Shown: positions 1 to 13,184 of the stretch, in pieces
Position numbering within the stretch: position 1 is the stretch's first letter
Layout: the number at the start of each line of letters is the position of its first letter
DNA from: Mobula birostris
Lineage: Eukaryota
Length of the DNA: 64,000 nucleotides
Assembly (NCBI RefSeq): GCF_030028105.1
Contig: NC_092391.1
Location: 44,799,223 to 44,863,222, forward strand
Direction of reading: 5' to 3'
The notes under the pieces: model-generated
The model's database searches: none
Told to the model about the DNA's origin: nothing
What the model saw: the letters and a program-made list of their open reading frames with translations, nothing else
Translations under genes and position numbers: made by a program

Positions 1-1462
1 AAGGCATTAGTAATGATAAGTCCCAGAATCACTAGTTTCTGTAATGGTTCCAGAGGACCGAAAATTGTAAATGTCACTCCACTCTATAGAAGGCAGGGAG
101 GCAAAAGGCAGGAAATTATAAGCCAGTTAACCTGACTTCAGTGGTTGGTAAGATGTTGGAATCCCGTATTAAGCATGATGTTTCGGGGTACTTGTTGACA
201 CATGTTAAATAGGCCAAAGTCAGCATGATTTCTTTAAGGGTAAATCTTCCCTGACAAATCTTTTGGAATTCTTTGAGCAAATAACAGGCAGGATAGACAA
301 AGGAGAATCAATAGAAGTCATTTACTTGGATTTTTAAGAAGGGCTCTGACAAGGTACAACACATGAGGCTGCTAAACCACAGCCCACAGTATACAGGAAA
401 GATACTAACGAGGACGGCAGACTGGCAGAAGGCAAAGAATGGGAATAAGGAGTCTTCTCTGGTTGGCTACCAATGACAAGTGGTGTTCTACAGGGCTCGC
501 TGTTTGGATTGCTTCTTTTCATGTCATATGTCAACGAACTGGATGACAGAATTGATGGCTTTGTGGCCAGATCTGATGACGATACAAACCCAGGTGGAGG
601 GGCACGTAATGTTGAAGCAGGAAACCTGCTGAAGACCTAGACAGATTAGGAGAATCGGCGAAGAACGGGCAGATAGAATACGGTTTCGGGAAGTGTTTGA
701 TCATGCACTTTGGTAGGAAGAATAAAGGTGTAGACTATTTTCTAAATGGGGAGCAAATTTAGAAATTAGAGGTGCCAAGGGACTTGAGAGTCCTTGTGCA
801 GAATTCCCCAAAGGTTGACTTGATGCTGAGGAAGGCACATGCAATGTTAGCATTTATTTCGAGCGGACTAGAATATAAAAGCAAGCATGTAATGCTGAGG
901 CTTTATAATGTACTGCTCAGGCTGCACTTGGAGTGTTGCAAATAGTTTTGGCGTCTGTTATCTGAAAGGTTGTGCTGGTATTGGAGAGGGGCCAGAGGAG
1001 GTTCACAAGAATAATCCTGGGAATGCAAGAGTTAACGTATGAGGAGCATTTGTTGGCTCTAGGCCTGTACTCGCTGGAGTTTAGAATAATAATGGGGGAT
1101 TTTATGAAAGCTATTGAATACTGAAAGGCTTACATAGAGTGGACACAGGGAAGATGCTTCCTGATGTGGGGGGAGTCTAGGACCAGGGCACAGGCACATA
1201 ATAGAGGGAATATCCCTTTGAGGTGAGGAGATGAGGAGGAATTTCTTTAGCCAGAGGGTGATGAATCTGAGGAATTCATTGTCATAGAAGGCTGTGGAGG
1301 CCAAGTCATTAGGTATTTTTAAAGCAGAAGTTGATTAGTCAGGGTGTCAGAAGAATGGGGTGGAGAGGGATAATAAATCAGCCATGATGCAATGCCATGG
1401 CAGAGAAGATTTTCCGTCAATGGGCTGAATAGCCTAATTTTATTGCTATGCTTTATGGTCTA
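1..1462 (+). mobile_element. Degenerate CR1-type LINE: ORF2 reverse transcriptase region to 3' end, running off the window start
   Basis: Frameshifted CR1 RT-like stretches (ANVTPL.., NYKPVNLTSVVGK, SGVLQGSL, SDDDT) and a CR1 3' tail (aatgggctgaatagcctaat...tatggtct). Boundaries approximate. Confidence 0.85.
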
Positions 1463-2902
1463 AGTCTATCAACCACACATCCACACTCACCCCATTTTTA
1501 TTCTGCCCACTCCCCTCACCTCCACATTCAGGGGTAGTTTGGTGGTGAATTCACCTGCCAACTCTCACACTTTTGGATGTAGAAGAAAACCACAGCTCTT
1601 GGAGCAAATCCGTGTGTTTACAGGGAAAACATGCAAACTCCACTCTTGCAGCACCCTGTGTGCTGGAGTTGGGGTTGTGAGGCACCAGCTCTATGGGCTG
1701 TGCTACTGTACCACTTCACCATCTGTCATACCAATCAATACTGACCAGAAAACATAGCAACTAAGTATTTCTGGAAGACAATGTCATTAGGCACTGTTCT
1801 ATGTCCAGTGCACTGGTTCCTTACCATTTAAATGAACACAATGCACTCATAGGTACATCTCGAGTGCAACAGTGGAAAACCAGATCGATGATGCAGGTTG
1901 GCCACACAAGTGAAGCAAGAATCAGCACTAGCTCTCAATCCTCCAATCATGAAATCATGGTTAACTCTGTATCAAGTCCACATTCCCCTTTCTCCATAAT
2001 TCCCTTAATGTTATATTTAAAAAAAAACACACAACCAATTATAGCCATGACTTTACTCAATGGTGCCCATGGCCTTTGGTGTACAGAGCTCCCACCTCCT
2101 GGGTAAATTTCTCACTGTAGCTCTGAATGCTCAGCCAATTCTGAAATTTAGAATCAAAATCAGGTTAATTATCACGAATGTGTCATGAAATTGTGGTAAT
2201 GATGGATGCCAGCTTTTTGAGCTGGTTGAGTTTACAACCCTCTGCAGCTTTTTCCGATCCTGTGCATACCAAATGGTGATGTAACTGGTTAGATTGCTCT
2301 CCACAGCACATCTAACTATAGGATTTTAGATTTATCAGCCAAAAGAGTGACCATAGCAATCCTCTCAGCATCGCGTCTCAATAAAACTACCTTTCATTTT
2401 GCTGAGCTCCACTGAATAAAGGCCCATCGGCCTCAGTCTCTCCTCACACGACACCTGCATCTCAGGAATCACAGAAGGCACCCCGGCTGAGGCTGGTGGG
2501 GCTTTTGTCCAGCCAGGCTCCCTCTGCAAACCTACACAGGAAGTGTGTTTTGTTTCTGTGGCTCAGTGGTGAGCACAACAGGCTCCAGACAATGCAAATT
2601 CTGGATCCCACTCTGGTTTTTAAGGATGCTGAACCCTATAAAGTATTCCAATATTTTACTAACAATAGATATCAAGTTAACTAAGTTTATTGCAGCATTT
2701 CTCCCATATCTTAAATGACATTTGCTGCCTATGAGAGTATATAGGCAAGATAAAGTCATGTAACAATGAAAACCAGAGTGTGGAACACTGCTGACGGAAA
2801 AGCTAGGCCTCACATGTTAATGCAGAAAAGACAAGTAAATATGCAAACAGTGGGAATTCAGTTTCTCTGGGACAACCCTCAAATAGGTAAATGTTTTCAT
2901 AA

Positions 2903-3036
2903 CAGAAAAGAGTAAGTCAGCGTTTCGGGCTGAAACCCTTCCTCTACTCTTTTCCATAGATGCTGCCTGGCCTGCTGAGTTCCTCCAGCATTTTGGGTGT
3001 ATTGCTTGGATTTCCAGCATCTGCAGATTTTCTCGC
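2903..3036 (+). mobile_element. Short Penelope-like element end with partial inversion and 16-bp TSD
   Basis: gatgctgcctggcctgctgagttcctccagca...tttccagcatctgcag is shared with the Penelope copy ending near 30657. Flanked by GTAAATGTTTTCATAA at 2887-2902 and 3037-3052. Confidence 0.75.
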
Positions 3037-6000
3037 GTAAATGTTTTCATAAACACTTTCTGCAGCTGCTGAAAGCACATGTTTACAGTGCATGGGAGAG
3101 TGATGCTGTTGACAATGTGATCAGCTTTGAGAAAACACCTCATCTCTAAAGAGCTAAGCAAATGAAAATGTTTTTAAACTTGATATTTAACAAATTTTAG
3201 ATGGTTTGAGTTGAGGTGAACAACACAATGGTACCTGTGGGAGGGACTGATGCAAATTGGGACACTTTCCTGTGGTCCAAAGGGGCTTGTTCACAGATAC
3301 GATCAATATTATTGGTGCCTGCGTGATCTTCTCAGCACTGGAGATGCTTATCGATTTAACTTTGTGAGGCCAAAATAAAGCTATTGGCTCATATTCAAGG
3401 TACATTTATTATCAAAGTACACATGCAATATACAGCTCTGAGGTTTGTCTTCTGCAGACAGGCATGAAACAAAGAAAACCATGGAAAAGAAAAACATCAT
3501 CCCCACCCCCTACACACAAAATTATACTGGTGTCAGGTTGAATCATTGATTTTCCAAAGATCTTTTAACACCCCCCACCCAACCTGTTAGAAATCTTACG
3601 TACTCCCTCCAATTTTCAATCTCTGTTCCAGAATTGTGGGAACTTTGGAAGGTCAACACCTGTCTCTGGTGCTACTTCAATTAAACTGCTGACTTAGGTT
3701 GTTGGCTAACCATTAACTTCACTGAGAGTTTTGTAACGTACACAGACACAAAATACCCGTTCACATCACAGGCACTACCTCGCTTTCCACTCTAATTCCT
3801 CCCATCTGTAAATTACACACATTTCTTTTTGACACTCCTTCCAGTTGACACACATGAAGTACACGGCTTGACAATTTATCCATACATTGTCACCTCTAAT
3901 TTGGTCACTGGTTGCTGGTTCCTAAACCCCTAGATAACTACACTTCTTGTTGATATAAATGTCAGTCTGATACACTCACAGGGATACTTCATCAGAGGGT
4001 AAAAGTGCCTCAATGACCCCCTTTACTGCAACACAAGAGTTAGGCTACAAGACCTCACATACAAGTCTATAATTACACAACAGCCCCAACAGTTATATTC
4101 AATAAAACTGGGATATAATACTAATAGGCACAGTGTACCTACCAATCTTCAACACTGGGGTAGAGTTCTGGGGTAAGTCGTCAGACACTGTAATAATCTA
4201 GTATAGCGTTGACACTATGCAAATCAATTACTGGATTTGCGGCACAGATTACCTTTAACACCAGGATGAAGAGCAAGTAGGGACAAGTGTAAAGCTGGAA
4301 TTCACATCTGTAACTATTAAACACATAGGTATAGGTCTGTCAATTTATAATGTTGGTGAGAAAAACACAGACACTGGAGAATCTAGATACTCCAGGTGGG
4401 ACAAGATGTATTATGATACAGTGCTTAGGGGCACTAAAAAGGTATACAATTAAGACGCTATTTCATGCAACAAGACAAGTGGATGCAGTTGCCACTATGA
4501 CACTGGAGTAAAGGACTCAAGGGGCATCAAGTGGAAAAATCTTTCCCACGGTTGGACTCGTTCTCCATTAGACTCCAGATGCTTGTGGTTGTTCAAGGTC
4601 AATCATCCCAGGACAATGTTCCAATTCTTCAGCTGCTTCATTAATGACAATCCTTCCATCAGAAGTGGAATGATCACTGACCATTGCCAAACTCAACCGC
4701 ATTTGCAATTTGCAGAAAATGAATCAGTCCGCATCTGGAATGCACCCAGCCTATACAAACATTCAGGCTTAGGCTGACAAGGGGCAAGTAATGTGCAACA
4801 AGAGTATTCAAGTTGGTAAACTAATTAATTGCCATTGTAAACTGCAGCTGGTGTAGATGAATGGTAGAATCTGGGGAGTTAATGAGAAGGTGTTGGGGGG
4901 AGGAAATAAAATAGATTAGAACTTAAATGAATAGTTCTGATCTGTATTTACTGTGAAAGCTAGTCAGTTCAGGCGAGGGTAGCGGATCCTGGAGCATGTC
5001 AACATTACAAAGGAGAAGGTGTTAGAGGCTCCAAAACACCAAGTTGGATAAATCACTGCAGCCTGATCAGATAAAATTTATGAGATTTTTCAGAAGCTAA
5101 GCACAAATATTCAGGTTGTTTTGTTTCTGTTGTCTGCTACAATTGCCAAGTGGTGTTTTGGGGGTGACTAAAAAATTTGTGTGTGATTCAATTTGTTAAA
5201 GAGAACTCACTATTGAGGGTATCAATTAGTTGTACATCAATGCAGAAAGAGAGGAATGGAAGTTGGACACAGTATGACTTGTATGAAACTAATAACTTCT
5301 TTCTTAACACAAGGAGCAAGGTCAAATAACTGACTGAATAATGTATGTAAGGGACTTCACTGTCTGTGGTGCATGGAGATAAGAATGTGATGTGACCATG
5401 AGAGGTTTTCTGTTCAGGAACTAGAAGCAAGTCAATCACTACTAACTGACTGGCTCATGGAACCGATATGCAACAGCTGTCTCTAGGACTTGCTGACAAA
5501 TCAGGACAACTACATTTACAGAATTAGCTGTGCTGGTCACTTTTGAAGTATGGGTGTTGCAATTAACTTTGTAACTGAGACATATAGAGGTGGGCCAATG
5601 GACAAGTTTCTATCTTGTACAACGGTATGGCATCCAGTGGTCTGGAAAATCTGCTCCCCTGGATTAAAAAAGATTCTGTACACTGCAATTACTGACATAG
5701 GCCAGTTCAACTACACCTTTCTATCCACAACTCATCAGCAAGACAGTCAAGGGTAGCAGGTGCATGGGACAATGGCTGCTGGCTCAATTCCAGTGCAGGC
5801 ATCACCCAGACTTTGAAATATATTGCCAGTCCTTCGTCATCACTGAGTCCAAACCCTGGAACTTCTGCCCCAGGGACACTGTGGGCGTATCTATGCATCT
5901 GATCAGACTCAAGGACAGCAGAATTCACTACAGGTAATAAGTTGCAGACTTGCTGGTGTCATCCACAAATATAAAAACACATAAATCTGCTCTTGTCTAA

Positions 6001-6275
6001 CACTGGGGAGTTGTTGTACACACAAAAACAGGCAGCCACTCGACCATTTTAGTAAACCAAAAATATGTGGATACAATGCAGTAGTCACACATCTCCAAGG
6101 CTGTCTCAGCAGGCAAGTCTGCAGGTAGCAATGAGAACTGGAGAGAGAATCAGCTACAATCTTATTGAATAGGGGAGCACATCTGAAAGAATGTCTTCCC
6201 TAGTCCTGCATTCTGCTTCCATTTCTCTTTTATAAAGACCTAAGTTCACGATCACAGTCTCATGCACATCTCTAC

Positions 6276-6355
6276 CAGGGACTCCCAACCTGTTTTATGC
6301 CATGTATCGATACCATTAAGCAAAGGGTCCCTGGACCCCAGGTTGGACATCCTTG
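6276..6355. mobile_element. Approximately 80-bp MITE with hAT/Charlie-like termini
   Basis: CAGGGACTCCCAACCT...AGGTTGGACATCCTTG imperfect terminal inverted repeats. Confidence 0.5.
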
Positions 6356-7379
6356 CAAGGAAACGTGTCACAAAGGGATATGGCATGTGCATTGAGTTAC
6401 AAAGTTGATAGTCCATCGTGGAAAGTTTTAATTTGTATTTAACCTGCACGTTTCGTTCTAGGAATGTCTCAGAGTTTGATTAACACTATATCTAACCTAT
6501 ACTGTAACTGCCTGGATGGTTTGTTTTTTTGATATCAATTGTGGCTCACTAATATCACCTGACAATTGAATTGTCTTCACTCACATCTGCACCTACTGAG
6601 CCTGGTGCTGCAACAAATGCGTAGAAATCAAATAAATCTGATTGGTTCCATGGTACTTGGGTCATAAAGTGCACAAGACAGCTGTCCAGTCTAGTTCCCA
6701 GACTGAACAATCGGTGGTTTTGCATCTGGATAACAATCTGATCTACATTTTGTCCTGATTCCTGGTGCTATGTTGCAATAAGTACAACAATAAACCAACA
6801 ATCGCAGCCACATTCCAGAAAGATGAGCAACAGACACCATCAAATTAATTTGCAAACACACACAGCAGGTTATTTCCCCAAGCATCTGAAAGATACTGGC
6901 TCAAACTGACAACAGTGCAATGCACTGGGGGAAAGTACTGGTTTCGTTTTCAGCTGTGTGGGGAGGTAGGGATAGGGTGGTGGAAGAGAAAATGCGGCTA
7001 TAGTTGTCCGTAGTGTCCTGGACAAGATGGGCAGAACTGGGGGGGGGGGGAATAAATCCCTTGGTCGCTGCGCATTTGGGGAAAGGGTGTCGCCGTAGCT
7101 CCTTTCCTGTGCACTCTTAATACTATGAAGGTGAGGATCGTTGGTGGCGATGGGATGAAGGATGTAGGGATGGCGAGAGGAAGGGATAGGATAGGGGTCA
7201 GAGACGGGGCAGCGCGACAAGACGGGAAGTTAGGATGCGGGGACGATCAGCAGTAGGCCAGGACGGAGGTGGGGTACAGTGGGACAGGACAGAGGCGGGG
7301 ATTGAAGAGGATGGAGTCCGGTGTGGTGGTGGGGGTAACGGGACAGGACAAATGGGGAGAGGAGAGTTTGAGGGACACG

Positions 7380-8050
7380 TCAGCACGGGAGGTGGTGGGG
7401 AGAAACGACACGATCTGCGCTCGCAGCGACATCGGGCCCACCTGTGGCGTGGCCGGCAGGGAGGGACAGCGCCCACATCACAGGGACGGGACCCCAGCTG
7501 CAGCCCCCGGCTCCCGCCGCCCACTACCTGCTTGGACTTGGCCTGCGCTGCACTCGGACCCTTCTTGCGCAGAACCGTCACCGTGTCCCAGTCACTCTCC
7601 GCCATCTTCCGCCGCCTGACTGCGCAGCCGCGCCACCGCCCGCCTTGACGAAACTTTATTGAAAACAACCGGGGGCTGACAACTTTATTGAAACAAAGCC
7701 CGGGCGACCAATCAGAGGGGGCGCTGGACAGAAAGTGCTGGAAGCCCTTCGGCAGCCGGACGCGCGTTCACTTGGGTCCGCAGGCGGCGCGTTCGGTCGG
7801 TCGGTCGGTCGCTGAGAGCCGCTGCCGATGGCTCCCAGCCGGTTACAACCCCCTTGTGACGGTCACAGTGCACGGAATCAGACCCTTCAGCTCCCCACCG
7901 AACCCGTGGACCAGCCTGGCCTCGGGGGAAGACGTTCCTGAGGCGCTCGGGATCCATCCCCACAGCGGCAGGGAGCAGGACCCTTCTCCTGCCCCCACCT
8001 GGCAGAGGGCGAGGGCGAGGGCGCTGCCCCGGAATCGTGAAGGGAGTTCG
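7380..8050. promoter_or_regulatory. EDF1 CpG-island promoter with CCAAT box (7709-7713) and a YY1-like AAGATGGCG motif over the ATG
   Basis: High CpG density, gaCCAATcagag, and cgccatctt spanning the start codon. Confidence 0.7.
7528..7605 (-). CDS. EDF1: Endothelial differentiation-related factor 1 (MBF1), first coding exon; remaining exons not found in the window
   Basis: [26 protein letters not shown] matches the vertebrate EDF1 N-terminus. 78-nt phase-0 exon followed by a GTAGTG donor, with AAGATGG Kozak context in a CpG island. Confidence 0.95.
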
Positions 8051-9349
8051 ATGTTTGAATGATCAGGGAACTGGGGGTAAACTAGTCATCATCATGTTGG
8101 ATGACGTGAGGGTCCGAGTGAATACCTGCCCGTTTCCTTGTATTAAATTCATTTTCGATCCCCGAAGTAGTCGGCAGATCCATCCCCCGGACCCCCAAAA
8201 CTCTTGCATGTATGGGCTTTACATTAAAGTCAGGGTGGAGAGGACCTGTTTTTAATCTGCGTACTAACTTTTCGTGAATCACTCACAGGGGGCATCCAGA
8301 TCCTTCTGCATGTCAGAACGCCACACTCCTTTTTATATTTCCCACCACAATGATCAACTTCACATTTCCCACAATTATACTACATGTCAGGTCTTTGTCC
8401 AGTTATTTATTCCCTGTGTACCCTCCTAATGTTCTCTTCACAAATTCCATTCCTAGCTTTTGAGACCCAAGTCATTTTGACACATAGTAAATTTTTTGAA
8501 TACCCGACACTAATCTCTGGCACTCCACAGGTTAACTATTTGCCAACCAGAAACACACCCTAAAATAACAGTGTCAGGTCACAACTTTAAGAGAGCCAGT
8601 GTTAACTTTTCAGTTTGAAGACCCGTAATAACTGGGAAGGAGGGAAAAGAAGTTTGTTAAGCCGTGTCGAGGGTGGGGTGCACATCTCTGCCAGGGATAA
8701 AGTGGGGGTGAGCTTAGGGATAGGTTGTAACCAAGGTTGCTAGTCAATGAGTGAATGGGAGCAGTTAGAAAATAGGAATCACAAAGTCCGGAGCAGGAGG
8801 ACATATCTGACTGGTTGGGTTGGGCACATTCTGCACTCACAGGGGAGAAGATGGTAAAAACAAGCTGATCCGATATCACAGATAGATAACTGATTAAGAC
8901 TTTTAAATTGTTACCTGAAGTTGTTGAATTCAATAGATTGCTACATGCCTAGATTAATGATGGACGTGTTGGGCCTCGTCACAACGGTACAGGAGGTTTC
9001 AGATCAATGGGTCAGAATGAGATGGTGAATTAAAGCAGCAGGCAATAAGAAATTCAGGGTTGCCCGTGCAAATTAAATGCAAGTGTTCCACAAAGCAGTT
9101 TCTCCAATGTAGTGGAGACCACACTGTGAATATCAAATACAGTGCACTAAATTGGAAGGTGTAACACTCTCACCTGCAAATACACAGAAAGTGCCTGGTG
9201 GTGGAATCTCGCTGGCAGAAATTGCACAGCTAGTGAGAGCACAGGAAATAGAGATGAATTCAAGGATTCTGTTAACAATGATAGAGAGGAAGCCAAGTTC
9301 TGGAAGACATTTCAGAGACACCTGCATGGGAAGTGTCATAATTGGAACA

Positions 9350-9597
9350 AATATTTATTATTTATTGAGATACAGTGTGGACTAGGCCCTTTAAGCCCCT
9401 GATTTAATCCTAGCCTAATTATAGGACAATTTACAATGACCGATTAACCTACCAACTGGTACATCTCTGGATTGTGGGACGAAACCGATGCAGTCACAGG
9501 GAGAACGTACAAGGTCCTCACAGGCAGTGGTGGGTATTGAACCGGGGTCACCTGTACTGTAAAGCGTTGTTCTAACCACCAGGTTACGGTGCCACCC
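9350..9597 (-). mobile_element. tRNA-derived SINE (HE1/V-SINE-like)
   Basis: Reverse complement begins gggtggcaccgt...tggttag (A box)...ggttcaatacc (B box). Related copies at about 1500-1715, 17776-17971, 35050-35270, 53085-53340 and 62690-63010. Confidence 0.8.
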
Positions 9598-10459
9598 ATG
9601 TAAATGAAGGAACTGGAGAATGGAGGGCAGTCCTTACAACAGGCGAGGTGAGATGAAATGCTGCAGCAAGCAAAGCCAATTATCCCATCAGGCTTTGAGA
9701 GGATACCTTGCTATCTAGGAGGAGCTGTGGGAAGACAGTGAAGGAAGTTCATGTATTTGACATTGGGTCAGTCTCAATCCAGAACATAACTGAGACTGCC
9801 TAACGGTCCTGTGTACTGCAGTATCTCATTGTAAGCATCCCTCTGTGAGCACAGGACAAGCAGATGAGGCTGTTTGGAGCCTGACATCTGATATTTGACC
9901 AAGATTACAAGTCCAAAATAAACCTCAGTAATTTAGGATGCAAATGGTTAAAATGCGAGATGGCACTGCCTGAATATGAGTGAAGAATTCCAATTTTAGA
10001 CAGTGCCCTTTTACCTTTCTCCCACCCCCCGTTTCTACTTCTGATCCACCAATCCATTTTGTCCCCTTCCCCACTCTCTCCCTAGCCCCTTTTCACACAT
10101 CTTAATACCTTTCTGACTCCATCCACCCACTTCCAATATAGGTTCTACCTCCTCCCTCCTTAACCTGGATTCAACTGTCATTCACCCCAATAGCTCTCAA
10201 TCTCACCTCATCCAAATCCAGCACTGGTTGTATTCTTGCTTATCTCTCTCCAGCAGCTGTATATTATCTTCACGTTCTCCTCCCCTCACCCTGCTCTATT
10301 TGTTTTCTTCCTCCTCTCCATCTTCTGTCTGCTACAAACATTCACTTGCCAGTCTTCCAACTCCACTGCTGTTCAACTTCCTTACCGGGCACTACCCGCC
10401 CATGATCTTACACCTGCCTCAGAATCCTATCTCGCCAATCACCATCTCACCTTTCTATT

Positions 10460-11010
10460 CTCTGTCAGGGTGCAAAGTTTCAATATGGACAATTTCTTTC
10501 CTCACACAGATGCTGCTTCATCTATTAAGTTCTTCCAGCAAATCAATCATTGCTGCAGATTCCTGCACCTCCCATTCCACATCCCCACCCTGTTTCTATC
10601 CCTTACCCCACCTACTCCAACTGCCCATCACCCACATACTCCTCCCACTGTTCTCATTTGTCCACCACACCCTCTTATTTGGTCCCATGCTCCACTTTCC
10701 TGTCAGATTCCATCATCTGCAGACCTCTCATCTCCACAACACCTCACAGCCTCCATCACTCTCTCCTCTCCATCTGCCAGTCACCACTCCTCATCCAGAT
10801 CCACTTTTTGCTTACCAGCTCTTACCCCACTTTTCTCCTTTCCCATTTTATACTAAGCTATCTCCCCTCTATCTTTCAGTCCAGATGAAGGGTCTCGACC
10901 CAAAACATTGACTGTTCATTTCCCCCCATAGATGTTGCCTTGACCCACTGACGACTTCCAGCAGTTTGTTTCTTTTTGCGCCATGTTCCAGCATCAGAAG
11001 TCTCATGTCC
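10460..11010 (+). mobile_element. Penelope-like element 3'/pLTR fragments with pyrimidine-rich tract
   Basis: cagtccagatgaagggtctcgacccaaaacattgactg...gatgttgcc...ttccagcatc, the same motif as at 23600 and 30520. Confidence 0.65.
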
Positions 11011-11967
11011 AGGACCGAAACAAAGACTGTTCCACGCATCTCACAAAGCTTGACCTATGCACAGCCACTCTTCATTTCTTGATACCTAACCAATTGTTTG
11101 CTCACGCCAAAATGTTACATCATGCTCAAGCAACTTTCATCTTCCACTATAATCTGTGACATGGCACCTCACATTTCCATCAACTCCAACTGGCTTGCAC
11201 CACTTACCCATCCAAAGGGCAACTTACAGAAGCCAAGTCATCTACCAATATAATAGAAGAACAGAAAATGCTGGAAATATTCAGTAGGCCAGGCCTCACT
11301 GCAGAAGTGACACCGTTTATGTTTTAGTTCAAAGACCCTTTTTCAGAGCTGGGAAAGGGACAACAGAAATTTAAAGTCGCAGAGAGGGTGGAGGAGAGGG
11401 GATGTCTATGACAGAGTGAATAAACTTTAAACAAGGTTATCTGGTCAATGAAAACAGAGTGAGAATGCAGACAAAAGAGCATTTACAACATCTGCAGTTC
11501 TGTTTTGATTTACAAGTCACTATGTCTTATGGATATGGCAGTGTAGGTCAGTTACAGTAATGGAAAGAAGTGCTCTAAATGTAATGAGTGAGGCACTGAG
11601 CTTGTGCCTTCAAATACAACTAAAATATCAGAAGTGGTTTCTGTTGTAACACTGATTCTTGCCACAGAAGAATATTGAGCAACGCTGGTCTGTTGCATGC
11701 TGGTTTCAGTGTTGAACTACGATTTTAGTATGGCTGGCACTGTTTGGATGTAAATTTGTGTCTCTGGATTGTTAATTCTAATTTTAGCATTGCTAATTTA
11801 GGCTTCACACGACATACCACCTTCATTTTGTCCTGTAGGTAATGCTAAGGTTTGAAAGTAAATTCACAGCCTTGCACAAACTTGGAACTGAGAATCAGGT
11901 TGTCAGGTCCAGTGAAGAGTTAGATAAATGAAGGGAAATGAGACTACTGACAGGGCCAGAAAAGCAC

Positions 11968-11973
11968 TTTATT
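11968..11973 (-). terminator. Candidate polyadenylation signal (AATAAA) for UAP1L1
   Basis: First AATAAA I found on the minus strand after the stop codon, about 1.15 kb downstream, followed by U/GU-rich sequence. Inference only. Confidence 0.45.
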
Positions 11974-13124
11974 GTTAGTAATGAAGATATCTGATTTAAA
12001 GCTCATCAATCACACTGCTGGCATTGAACTCGCACAACAAAAGGCTGGGTCATCCCATCCACGATCGCTCACAAGTAGGTTGCAGAAGAGAAAGCATTCT
12101 GATTATCAGAATAACTAGGCAGACAGCTGGAAGAACAGGAGCAGGACTTGAAAACAATATTTAAAGGGAAGTTGCAGCATTGGGTGTGACACCAAACCGT
12201 GTCCGGGAGTACATTCAGTGCCTGGGGCCTTGTCTCGATATGGTAAAAGTTCAGTTATCCAGAACTTCTCTAACCAAAGCTCCCTGGTAACTGGCATTTT
12301 AGAGGGGGCATCCAGGCTGACACTATGGCACTGAGAAGAGAGTGCCCAAGCATCCCTGGAGCTGGACATCACTTCTGTCCATTTTCTTGCCTGCTAGCTA
12401 ATATTGATTGTCAAATCACCAAAACTGTGTCGGCAACTGAATTTCAGTTCCCTTACATAACCCTTTGGTATTGATCACGTGAGAACACATTTAACTCTTG
12501 ATTAATCATGATATTTGACAAACTAGCTCTGTGTTTCGCTCCCCCCCACACCCCCATGGATATGAAATATTTTACTTTTTACGCATAACTTAATAGTGGG
12601 GAGTACCTTGCATTATCTTAACTTTTCCCCATGAGATAAGATTATTCTGGGATTTGAGGGACATCCGAGTCCCGCTGGCTGGTTGGGGCTACCAAGGAAA
12701 GCTAGAGGCAACCCCTGAACCCATGCTGCTAGAGTACTGCAAGGGTAAGTGACCCTTCAACCTAATTTGCTGGTGTTTACTAAGTGTGGAGCAGAAGCGA
12801 CCCCCTGTATGCACGTGCTAGGATTTAATGAGAGCCAATGACCCCAGAACCCAGCAGGGTGCAGTTGCTGAGCACAGACTGCACACAATCCAGGTTGGAA
12901 GATGGCAAGGCAGCAGAGGTCACGTCTATCTGAGGACCTTGGTGTTGTGCAGTTCCAGGGAAGATCCAGCCTCATGGAATAGATAAACCTGCCAGCCAGG
13001 CTTCCAAAGTCAGTAAAAACAGAAAATAGATTCTTTTTTAAAAGTCAGCAGTGTCAAAATGAAGGCACAAGCTCAAGCCCTGTGTGTGAGGTCTGTCTGC
13101 TGGCTGAATGGGTCCTCCCAATTG

Positions 13125-13184
13125 TCAGTCCATTAGAAGCAGCGGGGATTGGAACTCCCGATCCTTCATGCGTTCTTCCAGGCC
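13125..13184 (-). CDS. UAP1L1: UAP1L1 coding exon 9 (terminal): GLEERMKDREFQSPLLLMD*
   Basis: Acceptor ttattttccag|GGC, phase 0. Resembles the UAP1L1 GLE...REFQSPL C-terminus. TGA at 13125-13127. Not in the ORF track. Confidence 0.9.
   Translation of the reverse strand, partial: GLEERMKDREFQSPLLLMD

Noticed and set aside
3812-3870. Possible EDF1 exon 2 (AAGAAAT|gt-like end)
   Set aside because: The upstream codons do not encode AILAAQRRGEDVETSKK. Exon 2 was not found in the window.
3600-4260. Faint resemblance to a decayed LTR-element coding region
   Set aside because: No convincing protease, RT or integrase motif and no LTR pair could be read.
7235-8062. Plus-strand ORFs over the EDF1 CpG island
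   Set aside because: GC-rich, stop-poor sequence with no recognisable protein.
10228-10911. 206-227-aa hydrophobic/Pro-His ORFs
   Set aside because: Pyrimidine-rich Penelope-associated low-complexity sequence with several frames open and no domain.
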